DNA of 64,000 nt. Origin: Gemmatimonadota bacterium. GTDB taxonomy: Bacteria > Gemmatimonadota > Gemmatimonadetes > Gemmatimonadales > Gemmatimonadaceae. Below are positions 39,695 through 49,680 of the stretch, one piece after another; positions within the stretch are counted from its first letter, which is position 1, and the number at the start of each line of letters is the position of its first letter. The notes below the pieces were generated by a model, which saw nothing but the letters and a program-made list of their open reading frames with translations, was not told the origin of the DNA and searched no databases. Location of the stretch: assembly GCA_040389905.1 (NCBI GenBank), contig JAZJZK010000020.1, positions 1 to 64,000 of the forward strand, written 5' to 3'. The translations under genes and the position numbers were made by a program.

Positions 39695-40627
39695 ATGCAC
39701 CTACTTCGTCAGGGCAGGCTCGGTGTCCTCGCTGTAATGACAATCCTCGCGGTCGGCGCGGTGCCGCATGACGCACCGCGGGCACGAGAAGTCGCAAGGA
39801 TACGGGCACATTTCGACAGCGTACTGAAAGAACTCTCGAAACGCGACATCCGCGACTTGGCGACCGGCGCTCGCAGCAACCGCGCAGAGTTGATTGCCGA
39901 GCTCCGCCGCTATCGCGACGCCGGCGCGTTTCCCGTGAACCGCGATTTCGCGGACGCTGTTCCCTATTTTGTCGATCGTGAGAGCGGCGTCCTCTGCGCT
40001 GTGGCAAATCTGCTTGCCTACAGCGGCCGAGCGGACATCGTGGGGCGCGTGCGTCGAACGAACAACAATGTCTGGGTGGCCGATCTGAAGGGGGATACGG
40101 CGTTCGGTGCATGGCTCGAACGCCACGGCATGACGCTCGCCGAGGCGGCGCGGATCCAGGTGCCCTACTCACCGAGCCCGGAACGCCAGGCGTTGGGCGC
40201 TCTGGGCGCTGGGGTCGGGGCGATCGCGGACCTCACTCGCGGGCAGAAGATCCGGAATGGCATCTTCTTCACGGCGGCGCCGATCATGACGGGAGGCGCG
40301 ATTGTGACGAGCCTGCTCAATGCCACATGGAACGCCGACGGCCATCGGATTGGCCCGAGCCAGAGCGGAATCGTCTTCGGCGCGTTCACAACGTTCGCCG
40401 GTCAACAGGTGCTCGCGAAGACCAACCTCTCGCCGACGATCGGCCGTTCCGCGATGGCGGTGGGAGTGGGCAGTATCGCGCTGTCCACCTTGTCGATGCG
40501 GCGGCACTCCCGCGTCGCCGCGCTGGAATCGAAGTCGAAAGCAGTCGTTGCGGATGCCGAGCTGCTTCCGACGATCGACGCACAGGGCCGGTCCGGGGCA
40601 CGAATCGGAATGTCGCTGCGGTTCTAG
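39695..40627 (+). CDS. Exported hypothetical protein, paralog 2
   Basis: Colinear with 38461-39342. Confidence 0.75.
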   Translation: MHLLRQGRLGVLAVMTILAVGAVPHDAPRAREVARIRAHFDSVLKELSKRDIRDLATGARSNRAELIAELRRYRDAGAFPVNRDFADAVPYFVDRESGVLCAVANLLAYSGRADIVGRVRRTNNNVWVADLKGDTAFGAWLERHGMTLAEAARIQVPYSPSPERQALGALGAGVGAIADLTRGQKIRNGIFFTAAPIMTGGAIVTSLLNATWNADGHRIGPSQSGIVFGAFTTFAGQQVLAKTNLSPTIGRSAMAVGVGSIALSTLSMRRHSRVAALESKSKAVVADAELLPTIDAQGRSGARIGMSLRF

Positions 40628-40731
40628 TCGTATCCGCCGCAACGGGCTTCGATCGGGTTCTAGCAGATACCATGCAGAGTTTCGATACTTCCTGAAAGAA
40701 ACCGATGACGTGTCTCGCCAAGGAGGCAAGT

Positions 40732-41115
40732 ATGTTCGATGACTTGGGAGTCTTTCACACCAACATCGCAATCGCAGCAGGTCCCGGCGCATCACATCGA
40801 GTGCATCTCCATAACGTGATGGTGGACACCGGCAGCGAGTACAACTGGATTCCGGCGGAACTTCTCGCGGACGTCGGAGTCGTTCCTGTACGCATCGACC
40901 GCTTCGAAAGAGCCGACGGACGCGTTATCGAACGCCCCGTCGGCCTCGCGGTCGTCTTCGTCGGTGACCGGTCGGCGGCGACTATGGTGGTATTTGCGAA
41001 CCCTGGCGAGAAGACCCTGCTCGGCGCGCACGGACTCGAGGGCCTGAATCTTCGCGTCGACCTCGGACGTCGCGAACTCATCCCGGCAGGCCCGATGCCC
41101 GCGGCCGCCGCCTAG
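40732..41115 (+). CDS. Clan AA (retropepsin-like) aspartic protease
   Basis: VMVDTGSEY and LLGAHGLEGL motifs; SD AGGAGG. Confidence 0.8.
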   Translation: MFDDLGVFHTNIAIAAGPGASHRVHLHNVMVDTGSEYNWIPAELLADVGVVPVRIDRFERADGRVIERPVGLAVVFVGDRSAATMVVFANPGEKTLLGAHGLEGLNLRVDLGRRELIPAGPMPAAAA

Positions 41116-41181
41116 CGCATAGCGCATAGCGGAAGGCGGAGAGTGGATGTAGAATCGGACGTCCTCTTCGAGAGCGTCCCC

Positions 41182-41964
41182 GTGCAGAAAATCCGAATCA
41201 TCGCCCTGTTGCTCGCCGTCGCCGGCAGCGCATCGGCGCAGCAGACCAATCAGCCCATCAACCAGCTCACCGCCGAAGAGAAGGCCGGGGGCTGGCGCCT
41301 GCTGTTCGACGGCAAGTCGTTCGCCGGATGGCGAGGGCTGGGATACGACACCGTGCCGACCAACCATTGGGAGATCGACAACGGCACGATCCACGTGATG
41401 GGGCGGGCGCAGGTCAAGAAGGGCGCCGACGGCCGCGCGCTCCCTGGCGGCGATTTGCTGACGCTCAGCACGTTCAAGGACTTCGAACTTGCGTTCGAGT
41501 GGAAGGTGCCGCCGGCGTCGAACAGTGGGGTCAAGTACAACGTCGACGAGAAGATGTCGATGGGCTCACCCACGCTGTCGAGCGCGACGGTCGTCAGTCA
41601 CTCGGCACTGGGCTTCGAGTATCAGGTGCTCGATGACTCCCTCCATTCCGACGGCAAACTTCCCATACATCGCGCGGGAGCGCTGTATGAGCTCATCCCG
41701 CCCAACGCAGACAAGAAGCTGATGCCCGTCGGCGAGTGGAACCGGTCGCGCATCGTGTTTCGTGGCAACCACGGGGAGCACTGGCTGAACGGCAAGATGG
41801 TCGTCACCTATGAAATGGCGACGCCGGTATTCGATTCATTGATCGCGAAGAGCAAATACCATGTGATTCCCGGATTTGCGAATCGGCGTACGGGACCGAT
41901 TATCCTCCAGGATCACAATGAGGAAGCGTGGTTTCGGAGTATTCGCATTCGCGAGATCAAGTAG
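41182..41964 (+). CDS. DUF1080 / 3-keto-disaccharide hydrolase
   Basis: GWRLLFDGKS..GW, DFEL.FEWK, NSGVKY, EYQVLD, GEWN, ILQDH..WFRSIRIR. Confidence 0.9.
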   Translation: MQKIRIIALLLAVAGSASAQQTNQPINQLTAEEKAGGWRLLFDGKSFAGWRGLGYDTVPTNHWEIDNGTIHVMGRAQVKKGADGRALPGGDLLTLSTFKDFELAFEWKVPPASNSGVKYNVDEKMSMGSPTLSSATVVSHSALGFEYQVLDDSLHSDGKLPIHRAGALYELIPPNADKKLMPVGEWNRSRIVFRGNHGEHWLNGKMVVTYEMATPVFDSLIAKSKYHVIPGFANRRTGPIILQDHNEEAWFRSIRIREIK

Positions 41965-43293
41965 ATGACCGACCTCGACCGTCGTGCGTTCGTGACAAAG
42001 AGTACCGCTGCGGGACTCGGGTTAGCCGTCACGAACGCCCTGCCCCGCTCCCTGCGGAACTACCGGTCGCCGGCGGAGAAAGTCGTCGTGGCGGTAATCG
42101 GGTTGAACGGTCGCGGGATGGTGCACGCGCAGAACTTTGCCAAGCTCGCGAATTCAGAGGTCGCATACCTGTGCGACGTCGACAGCACGGTGCTCGCGAA
42201 GGCGATGGCCGCGAGCGCCAGGAACGGCGCGAAGCAGCCCAAGGGCATCGAGGATTTCCGCCGAGCGCTCGACGACAAAAGCGTCGATGCCGTGTCCATC
42301 GCGACGCCGGATCACTGGCATGCGCCGATGGCCATTCTTGCGTTGAAGGCAGGCAAGCACGTCTATCTCGAGAAGCCGTGCGGACACAATCCACGCGAAG
42401 GCGAGTTGCTCGTCGAAGCGACGAAGAAGTACGGGAAGCATGTCCAGCAGGGCTCGCAGCAGCGTTCGTCTCCACGCACGATCGAAGCGCTGCAGATGAT
42501 TCGCGAAGGCGCGATCGGCAAACCGTACATGGTGCGCGCATGGTATGCGAACACGCGGGGGAGCATTGGACGCGGCAAGGCGGCACAGGCACCGTCGAAC
42601 CTCAACTATGACCTGTGGCAGGGGCCGGCGCCGCGCGTGCCATACCGCGACAACGTCATTCACTACAACTGGCACTGGTTCCGCCGCTGGGGCACCGGTG
42701 AGATCTGCAACAACGGCACGCACGAGATCGACATTGCGCGGCTCGCGCTTGGTGTCGACTATCCGCAGAGCGTGACGTCGAGCGGCGGCCGCTATCACTT
42801 CGAGGACGACTGGGAGTTTCCCGACACGCAGGAAGTGACGTACGATTTCAGCGGCGGCAAGACGATCATCTGGCAGGGACAGAGCTGCAACGGCCTCAAG
42901 CTGTTCGATCGCGCGCGCGGTACTGCGATTTACGGAACATCGGGTTCGATCATTCTCGACCGCGATGGCTACGTCCATTACGATGTGGCTCAGAAAGTCA
43001 TCAAGCAGAACATCGAGGGGCAGCGCGGCAACGCCGTCGAGCTCACCGGCGACGACGCCGCCACGACGATCCACATGGAGAACCTGCTTTCTGCCATTCG
43101 CACTGGTGCGACGCTGGCCGCGCCGATTAGCGATGCCGCGAAGAGCGTGCACCTCTGCCACCTCGGCAACGTGGCGCAGTTTACGGGCAGGAAGGTTTTC
43201 GTGGATTCGGAAACAGGTAAGCCGGCCGGTGATGCGATGCTCGAGAAGTACTGGTGGCGAGGGTACGCACCGGGCTGGGAGCCTTCCCTCTGA
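41965..43293 (+). CDS. Tat-exported Gfo/Idh/MocA oxidoreductase
   Basis: DRRAFV twin-arginine signal; IATPDHWHA, GKHVYLEKP, NNGTHEID. Confidence 0.9.
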   Translation: MTDLDRRAFVTKSTAAGLGLAVTNALPRSLRNYRSPAEKVVVAVIGLNGRGMVHAQNFAKLANSEVAYLCDVDSTVLAKAMAASARNGAKQPKGIEDFRRALDDKSVDAVSIATPDHWHAPMAILALKAGKHVYLEKPCGHNPREGELLVEATKKYGKHVQQGSQQRSSPRTIEALQMIREGAIGKPYMVRAWYANTRGSIGRGKAAQAPSNLNYDLWQGPAPRVPYRDNVIHYNWHWFRRWGTGEICNNGTHEIDIARLALGVDYPQSVTSSGGRYHFEDDWEFPDTQEVTYDFSGGKTIIWQGQSCNGLKLFDRARGTAIYGTSGSIILDRDGYVHYDVAQKVIKQNIEGQRGNAVELTGDDAATTIHMENLLSAIRTGATLAAPISDAAKSVHLCHLGNVAQFTGRKVFVDSETGKPAGDAMLEKYWWRGYAPGWEPSL

Positions 43294-43405
43294 ACTGACG
43301 ACACGAGTACTTCGTACAACCACTTACGTACGAAGTACCCGGAACTGTGTACCCGGACTGGCATCCAACCCAAGAAGAGCCATCGAACCTTCTTCGTCGC
43401 ACCTC

Positions 43406-44725
43406 TTGATCGCGAAGCGATACGAAATTATCCGCCCAATCGGCCAGGGATCGTTCGGGCGGACATTCCTCGGGCGCGACCGCGAGGCGAATCGCGACGT
43501 CGCACTCAAGATTCTCGACAAGCGTGCGGACGTCGATCTCAAGTCCCTCGAACTCTTCGAGCGCGAAGCGGCCGTGCTGCGCTCGACTCGGCACCACGGC
43601 ATTCCGGAGGTGTTCGACCTCCTGCGCGATGAATGGGAAGGAGTGCCCGCGTCGATTCTCGTCATGGAATACGTCGAGGGCGAATCGCTGGCCGCGATGA
43701 TCGACGCGAACCGGCAGCACGATCCCGCGGAGGTGATGCATCTCTTTCTCGAGATGCTGGGAATCCTCGAGTACCTGCACGGCCGAGTGCCGCCCGTGGT
43801 GCATCGCGACATCAAGCCGTCGAACATCATTGTGCGCCCGAACGGGCAACCGGCGCTCGTGGATTTCGGATCGGTGCGGCGCGTATTTCTCGAGGCCGAC
43901 GAAGCGGGATCGACGATCGTCGGGACGTATGGCTACATGCCGTACGAGCAGTACATGGGTCAGGCCACTCCCTCGAGCGACCTCTACTCGCTCGCCGCCA
44001 CGTTTCTGCAACTGCTGACCGGACGGCCGCCGCGCGAGTTCATGAGTGGTGAGGGCCGGATACAGATCCCCGAGAATCTGCCGGGCGATCCGCGACTCGG
44101 CCCCATCCTCGTCAAGCTCCTCAAGCCATCGCCGGCGGAACGATATGCGAGCGCGCGCGACGTGCGTCAGGCGTTGCTCGCGCCAGCCTCGCCGACACTA
44201 ACGGGCTCGTCGAACGTCTTGCGGTCATCGTCGCGCGTCGCGATGCGCAGCGCGGTCGATCTCTCGTCGCTCGGCCCTGTGCCGCGCCCGATGGACAAGA
44301 CCAACCGCGCGCTCCTCGACCGCTTGTCGCCGTCCGCGCTGGAATTGATGGATGCGGATGCGAAGCCAGGGGACGAACCTGGTCTCATGGATTGGCTGAC
44401 GGTCGCGTTTTTCTCGGTGCTCACCGTCGGCATCCTGCCGGTGGTGTTTTCGAGCATGGCGCGCGCGCGGCGCCGCCGCATGCGCCGGTTCCTGCGCGAA
44501 GGGTTTCCTGTCGTTGGCGACATCCTGAACATCGAACAGGAATCGATTGCGTTCGAAGGGAAGATCTCGAAGGTGGCGTATCAGTTCGAAGCGGACGGTG
44601 AGGTCCATCGCGATGTGGACAAGATCCTTCCGGTCATTGCGAATCGCTGGCAACCTGGGGACCGCATCCAGGTGCTCTACATCGCGGAACTGGGGTACGA
44701 CAGCGTGATCGTCGCTGCGCGGTAG
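43406..44725 (+). CDS. Serine/threonine protein kinase with C-terminal membrane anchor
   Basis: IGQGSFG, VALK, HRDIKPSN, VDFG, GTYGYMPYEQ; start uncertain. Confidence 0.85.
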   Translation: MIAKRYEIIRPIGQGSFGRTFLGRDREANRDVALKILDKRADVDLKSLELFEREAAVLRSTRHHGIPEVFDLLRDEWEGVPASILVMEYVEGESLAAMIDANRQHDPAEVMHLFLEMLGILEYLHGRVPPVVHRDIKPSNIIVRPNGQPALVDFGSVRRVFLEADEAGSTIVGTYGYMPYEQYMGQATPSSDLYSLAATFLQLLTGRPPREFMSGEGRIQIPENLPGDPRLGPILVKLLKPSPAERYASARDVRQALLAPASPTLTGSSNVLRSSSRVAMRSAVDLSSLGPVPRPMDKTNRALLDRLSPSALELMDADAKPGDEPGLMDWLTVAFFSVLTVGILPVVFSSMARARRRRMRRFLREGFPVVGDILNIEQESIAFEGKISKVAYQFEADGEVHRDVDKILPVIANRWQPGDRIQVLYIAELGYDSVIVAAR

Positions 44726-44743
44726 GCAGTGTGGGCGGCGCAT

Positions 44744-44797
44744 GGCCTTTGCGTCCTCTGCGGTAAAGCCTTTGCTTTGCTGCAGTTCGTAACTGAA
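44744..44797. repeat. CCTCTGCG-type intergenic repeat fragment between convergent genes
   Basis: GCGTCCTCTGCGGTAAAG..TGCAGTT resembles the right arm of 62585-62761. Confidence 0.5.
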
Positions 44798-44834
44798 CAG
44801 CATTGCGTCTAAGCCACACAGACTCAGTCTGGGC

Positions 44835-46046
44835 CTAGACAGGCCGCCCGTACGTCAGTCTTCGCCATACCCACTCGACTGGCCCGAAACGGAATCGCGA
44901 CAACCATAAGGCACTGAGCGGAATCTGAATCGCGATGATCGTCGCCGCGATGGCCATGGCCGTCGATGCGCCAACGTGCCACCAGAGGCCAAAGCCGAAA
45001 CCATACGACAACACCACGCAGACGACCGAATGCGTCAGGTAGTTCGTCAGCGCCATGCGGCCAAGTGGCGCGAATATCGAGACTAGGCGGACGCCATGCA
45101 CGAGAAGCAGTGAGATCGATGCGGCGTATCCGATGGCGAGCATCGGAACGCCGACACCCTGCATTGCAACACCAAGGAGTGCGCCGACGGATGGCGGAAA
45201 ATAGGGATGCTTTTCCAGGGCCCAGACGGCGATCGCGTTCGCGGGCAGACCCACCACCAATCCGAGAAGGCTCCACCGCAACAGTGTAGCGCGATGGCTC
45301 GCGGGTGAGAGTGCAATGCCGGTACGCACGGTCCACAGACCGAGCACGAACATGCCAAGTACTTTAGGGAAACGCACTGTCACGAAGAGATCGGCCCAGC
45401 GGGCGCCGAGAAAGACCAGGTTGCCAACGAGCGCGTCTTTCAGGCCTCCCGAGCCAATGGCTTCGAAGTAGGCGAGCATCGGGGCCGGCATGCCAGAGCC
45501 ACCCGAAGCCGCCGCTGGTTCCACGCCGACGGCCAACCAGATCCCCAACGCAACGAGATACAGCACGGTGGGAATTGCGAGGAGGATCAACGTCCACCGC
45601 AGCAGCTCGCGGTCGGTCTTTCGCGCAAACCACGGCAGCGTAAAGCCGAGCAGCGCGTACAGCATCAGGATGTCGCCGGCCCAGATGAACACGGCGTGGA
45701 TTGCGCCAATCCCGAGGAGAATGCGCAGACGTCGCTTGAATCTCGGCAGCGCCGGCTCACCGCCGCGAGCGAGCTGTAATCCGAAGCCGATGCCAAAGAG
45801 CAGTGAAAAGATGGAGTAGAACTTTCCATCCACGAGCACGTGTTCGAGCATGAGCGCGATCGCATCTCGCGCGGCCGTCGGCAATGCGGCGATGCGCTCC
45901 GGCGAGGCGACGAAATGGCCGAAAAACACCAGCACGTTGGCGAAGAGGATGCCGGTAACGGCAACACCGCGCACGATGTCGAGTGCCTGGATGCGGTCGC
46001 GTGTTGGGGAGGTCGAGCTCTCGGTGGTGATCTGTGCGGCGCCCAT
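44835..46046 (-). CDS. DUF418 (YeiB-like) membrane protein
   Basis: RIQALDIVRG, GKFYSIFSLLFGIG, WAGDIL, GRMALTNYL, GPVEWVWRRLTY. Confidence 0.9.
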   Translation of the reverse strand: MGAAQITTESSTSPTRDRIQALDIVRGVAVTGILFANVLVFFGHFVASPERIAALPTAARDAIALMLEHVLVDGKFYSIFSLLFGIGFGLQLARGGEPALPRFKRRLRILLGIGAIHAVFIWAGDILMLYALLGFTLPWFARKTDRELLRWTLILLAIPTVLYLVALGIWLAVGVEPAAASGGSGMPAPMLAYFEAIGSGGLKDALVGNLVFLGARWADLFVTVRFPKVLGMFVLGLWTVRTGIALSPASHRATLLRWSLLGLVVGLPANAIAVWALEKHPYFPPSVGALLGVAMQGVGVPMLAIGYAASISLLLVHGVRLVSIFAPLGRMALTNYLTHSVVCVVLSYGFGFGLWWHVGASTAMAIAATIIAIQIPLSALWLSRFRFGPVEWVWRRLTYGRPV

Positions 46047-46094
46047 GCGCGCTCCGGTTGGTCCTATTGGGTTCCCATACGGAGCGTCACGCCG

Positions 46095-46658
46095 TCAGGT
46101 TTCGGCCGCTAGAGCTCCCTGCACCGGCGCCGGCAGTCCGTCGATGCTCGTGGCGTTCCGCTCCCGCCAATAACGTGGCAAATCATCTCCTTTGGCTTCC
46201 GCCCATCGAATCAGGCTGTCGCGCTGCTTTACGAAGTTCATGACGGGCACGGCAAATCCGCACGATGTCTGCACACGCGAGACTTCGGCGACGATGATCT
46301 GGCGTGATCCTGGGTAGACGGGAAACTGCTGACTGAGCTCCGCCCACTCGCGCGTATCCGGGATCACCACGTGCCCCGTTCCATACAGCCGCAGAATCTG
46401 CGGCGCGCCGGAAAAGGCGCAAAACATCAGCGTGATGCGGCCGTTCTCGCTCAGGTGCGCCGACGTCTCGTTACCGCTGCCCGTCAGGTCGAGATACGCC
46501 ACGCGATTGGGCGACAGCACGCGGAGACAGTCCAAACCCTTTGGCGACAGGTTGACGTGCCCATCGCCGGAGAGGGGCGCCGAGGCGACGAAGAAGATCG
46601 GCTGCGCCTCGATGAAGCGCTTGAGTGCGGGAGTGATGGATTCTACGACTTTGCCCAT
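46095..46658 (-). CDS. Pyridoxamine 5'-phosphate oxidase-family FMN-binding protein
   Basis: FFVASAP..GHVNLSPKG, YLDLTGSGNET, VQTSCGFAVP. Confidence 0.85.
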   Translation of the reverse strand: MGKVVESITPALKRFIEAQPIFFVASAPLSGDGHVNLSPKGLDCLRVLSPNRVAYLDLTGSGNETSAHLSENGRITLMFCAFSGAPQILRLYGTGHVVIPDTREWAELSQQFPVYPGSRQIIVAEVSRVQTSCGFAVPVMNFVKQRDSLIRWAEAKGDDLPRYWRERNATSIDGLPAPVQGALAAET

Positions 46659-47410
46659 TAGACTGGCTCCGGACCCGAGTCCCATTCGAAGAAGCCCCTC
46701 ACCTCGATCGTGCGATCGCCGATGCGGTACGCCAGCGCGAGACGCTCCTCAGGTGAGGCTGCGCGTGCGAATTGAATCGCGAGATCACCGAGCGATGGTT
46801 CCAGCGCGGAAATCTCGCTGACGAGCGCCTTGGTGCGCGGGACGGGGTGCCCGTGCACGCGCAGCCAGAATTCGAGCATCTGCGTGACCGCACGCGCGAG
46901 TATGAGCGCGGCGACCGTACTGTCCACGTCCGTGACGTCGGCGCCATCCTCGAGCAGCGTAGCCGCGACGTAGCGCGCACGCTGGACATCGTCTGCCGAG
47001 AGCAGTTCGGGCTGCGCGAGCCATTCGCGACTTTCGGCACGCAACGTCTCGATCACGGGATCGCGATCGAGCATGACGAAACCCGTTGCCACCATGTGTG
47101 CCGTGACGCGGCGTCCCCCGCGCTGTTCGCTTGCGAAGTAGGACCGAACGGTGTGCGGAGGGTTGATGAAGATCTCCGTCGGAACGTCGCAGAAGAATCG
47201 CTGCACGCGGCGCCGATGCGGCGCGGCGTGCACGACCCAGAGATCGATGTCGCTCGCGGGGTGCGCGTGCCCGCGAATAATGGTGCCTGTGGCGATGATC
47301 CCGAGGGGTGTCGTCTCACCGAGGACAAATGACACGGCCGCCCGAAGTGCCGAGGCATAGGGCTCTCCGAGTGGAGGCCATTGGCAGTGCGCGAGTGCTC
47401 GGTCGTCCAC
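46658..47410 (-). CDS. Nucleotidyltransferase-domain protein with helical (HEPN-like) C-terminus
   Basis: GIIATGTIIRG..SDIDLWV. Confidence 0.7.
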   Translation of the reverse strand: MDDRALAHCQWPPLGEPYASALRAAVSFVLGETTPLGIIATGTIIRGHAHPASDIDLWVVHAAPHRRRVQRFFCDVPTEIFINPPHTVRSYFASEQRGGRRVTAHMVATGFVMLDRDPVIETLRAESREWLAQPELLSADDVQRARYVAATLLEDGADVTDVDSTVAALILARAVTQMLEFWLRVHGHPVPRTKALVSEISALEPSLGDLAIQFARAASPEERLALAYRIGDRTIEVRGFFEWDSGPEPV

Positions 47411-47580
47411 TGAGTCGGCGTGCTCCGCGCCTATTGCGACGGCGGTTCGAATACGGTGACCGCCGCAGCGCCCCTCTCACAGGCAACGGGCAGCAGGAGT
47501 GTGGACAATCGCATCACGTGCTTCATGCTGTAATCTACCTACCGAGTGGTGCACCGGAAACGGTGAAGAGAATCCTGGGT

Positions 47581-47729
47581 GAGCTACCAGCGAGAGCGTG
47601 AGCATGCGCGTGAGCCTCGAGCAATGAGCTCTTCAGAGCTTGAGCGTTTAGCTCAGAGCTCGAGCTTCGAGCTCTTGATTGCTCAATGCTGTAAGCTCAC
47701 GCTCCCACTCACGCTCGGGCTGGTAGCTC
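47581..47729. repeat. GAGC/GCTC-rich imperfect long hairpin
   Basis: GAGCTACCAGC...GCTGGTAGCTC termini with GAGC- then GCTC-hexamer arms. Confidence 0.75.
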
Positions 47730-47815
47730 CGACTCGAGCTCAGGCTCCAAGCTCGTTTTGCGCCCGCCTTGCGATACTAAAGCGCCAGCCCCCTCGACTT
47801 CGCTCAGGAGGCCAT

Positions 47816-48199
47816 TCATGGCGACGTGACTTTTCGCGCATCGACTGGAGCGCTCGAAGGCGCGCGACTCCGTGCCTCGATGGTGACCATCCCCGTGTCT
47901 CGACGAATCGTGACGTACCGTCCGTCCGCGCTCGCGACGAGGCGGCCATTTTCGCGAGCTTCAACGTGGACACTGGCGGTCGTGTCTAAAGCGGTGACCT
48001 GCATCGATCCCACTGTGCCGGAATCCGACATGATCTCCCATTTCAACCGGCCGATCATCGAGTGCGACGGCGAGTCGCCAGTTCGCGTAACGTAGAAGGA
48101 CGCATTGTTCGGCGCCGTGATGGTGATGTGCAACGGTTGTGACTGAGCGGCCAAGCCGGAAACAGGTACCGCGAGAGACAACAGAAGGCGTCGAAGCAT
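47816..48199 (-). CDS. Small secreted hypothetical protein
   Basis: Signal peptide MLRRLLLSLAVPVSGLAAQ; beta-rich. Confidence 0.6.
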   Translation of the reverse strand: MLRRLLLSLAVPVSGLAAQSQPLHITITAPNNASFYVTRTGDSPSHSMIGRLKWEIMSDSGTVGSMQVTALDTTASVHVEARENGRLVASADGRYVTIRRDTGMVTIEARSRAPSSAPVDARKVTSP

Positions 48200-48318
48200 G
48201 GTGGGCTTCCTTGTCGAGAGAAGTGCAACAACACGCGAGTTGCGCACGGATAACCCCTCGCCCAGTGATTGTTCCGCCCTCCGCGGTGAGTGTCGCTGGG
48301 CACAAGCCTGCAACGCAG

Positions 48319-48732
48319 TTAACCGCCGCGCCGAACCCGCGCGAAGACAGTGGCGGTGATGAGCGCGACGACGAACGCCGGCATGCCGACCAACAATGGC
48401 CACACTAGCAGTTGCATGATTGGAAAGCTGCCATGGACTTCTCGCGCGTGAAACGACGCCGCTGCTGCCAGGCCGAAGCCACCGAGTGCAGCCGCGAGAG
48501 CGGCGTGAAACGCGGTCGTCGAGAGCCGGCTTCGGAGACGAACGTGCTCGTAGCCAATGTGCGCCGCGAAGGCGACGGCACTGAGCGCCCACGCCGCAAG
48601 TCGCCATGCAACACGCGTCTGGTTTGACGCTGCGGATCCAGCGAGTGATCCGAAGATCAAGCCTGCGCCGAGGTATAGCACGCCGACGGCGAGCACCGCG
48701 CCGATCCATCGCAGCGTTCTCGGACTCGACAC
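48319..48732 (-). CDS. Hypothetical 4-TM membrane protein
   Basis: Four hydrophobic segments; start uncertain. Confidence 0.55.
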   Translation of the reverse strand: MSSPRTLRWIGAVLAVGVLYLGAGLIFGSLAGSAASNQTRVAWRLAAWALSAVAFAAHIGYEHVRLRSRLSTTAFHAALAAALGGFGLAAAASFHAREVHGSFPIMQLLVWPLLVGMPAFVVALITATVFARVRRGG

Positions 48733-48745
48733 CGGCGCTGCCACC

Positions 48746-49039
48746 TCAGAAGCCGAGCAGGAAGACGGGCGCGGCCGCAGCGAGGCCGGCGGCCAGATGA
48801 AGGGCAAGCATCATCAGGGTCTCCTTCGGCGCGCGTGGGAACCACTTGATCGCGAAATATGAAATCACGAAGAACTGCGCGGCCATCAGCAGTTGCCAGA
48901 TGTGCGCCGCGGCGCCCTCGTCCGCTTGCGGTTGGGTACCGAAGCGTGCGACGTGCAGCCCGACGGTGGCCAGCGCGGCAAGCGACATGATGAGCGGCGC
49001 GAGCGCGCTCGGTTGGCGAATCATCTTCGAGAAGCCCAT
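48746..49039 (-). CDS. Small 3-TM membrane protein (DEGAAAHIWQLLM motif)
   Basis: SD AGGAG; hydrophobic 97 aa. Confidence 0.65.
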   Translation of the reverse strand: MGFSKMIRQPSALAPLIMSLAALATVGLHVARFGTQPQADEGAAAHIWQLLMAAQFFVISYFAIKWFPRAPKETLMMLALHLAAGLAAAAPVFLLGF

Positions 49040-49196
49040 CGGTGGTCTCCTGAGTGGCTGAACAGCGGTCCCAAAGGGAGAGTAAAGCACTTTGCCGTAG
49101 AAAGCAATCCCGACCCCTGCCGCCATGTTGACACGCCGGAGTCCACTCCGGATGCTTCCTCCTCCAACGAAACTCGTCCCCAGCTGAGGATGCGCT

Positions 49197-49658
49197 ATGA
49201 AGGTACGCGTGCTGATACTCGCGATGGTAAGCCTGACGGCAATGGCACCCACGGTCGCCGCGCAGGCCGGCGCTGCTCCGGCGAAAGACCCGGAGTTCCT
49301 CACCCCCTTCGGCAAGCCGGTGTACCCGTTCTCCCCAGCGGTGCGCTATGGGAACCTGCTTTATCTCTCCGGCCAGATCGGCACGGACAGCACGGGCAAG
49401 CTCGTCACCGGCGGAATCGACGCCGAGGCGCGGCAGACGATGAACAACATCCGCGACGTACTCGCCCGCGTCGGGTCATCACTCGATCGCGTCGTCAAGT
49501 GCACCGTCATGATTGCCGACATGAAGGAGTGGCCGGCATTCAACGCCATCTATGCCACCTACTTCCCGAATCATTTTCCCGCGCGAAGCGCGCTCGGTGC
49601 GAACGGCCTCGCCCTCGGTGCGCGCGTCGAGGTGGAGTGTTTGGCGGCGCCCCGCTAG
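49197..49658 (+). CDS. RidA/YjgF family protein with signal peptide
   Basis: FSPAVRYGNLLYLSGQIG, FNAIY..FPARSA..LALGARVEVEC. Confidence 0.9.
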   Translation: MKVRVLILAMVSLTAMAPTVAAQAGAAPAKDPEFLTPFGKPVYPFSPAVRYGNLLYLSGQIGTDSTGKLVTGGIDAEARQTMNNIRDVLARVGSSLDRVVKCTVMIADMKEWPAFNAIYATYFPNHFPARSALGANGLALGARVEVECLAAPR

Positions 49659-49680
49659 CAGCGCGTTCGGCGCCCGGCGC

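Noticed and set aside
42965..43405. Long N-terminal extension of the Ser/Thr kinase ORF
   Set aside because: Overlaps the oxidoreductase 3' end in another frame; the kinase domain begins near 43406.
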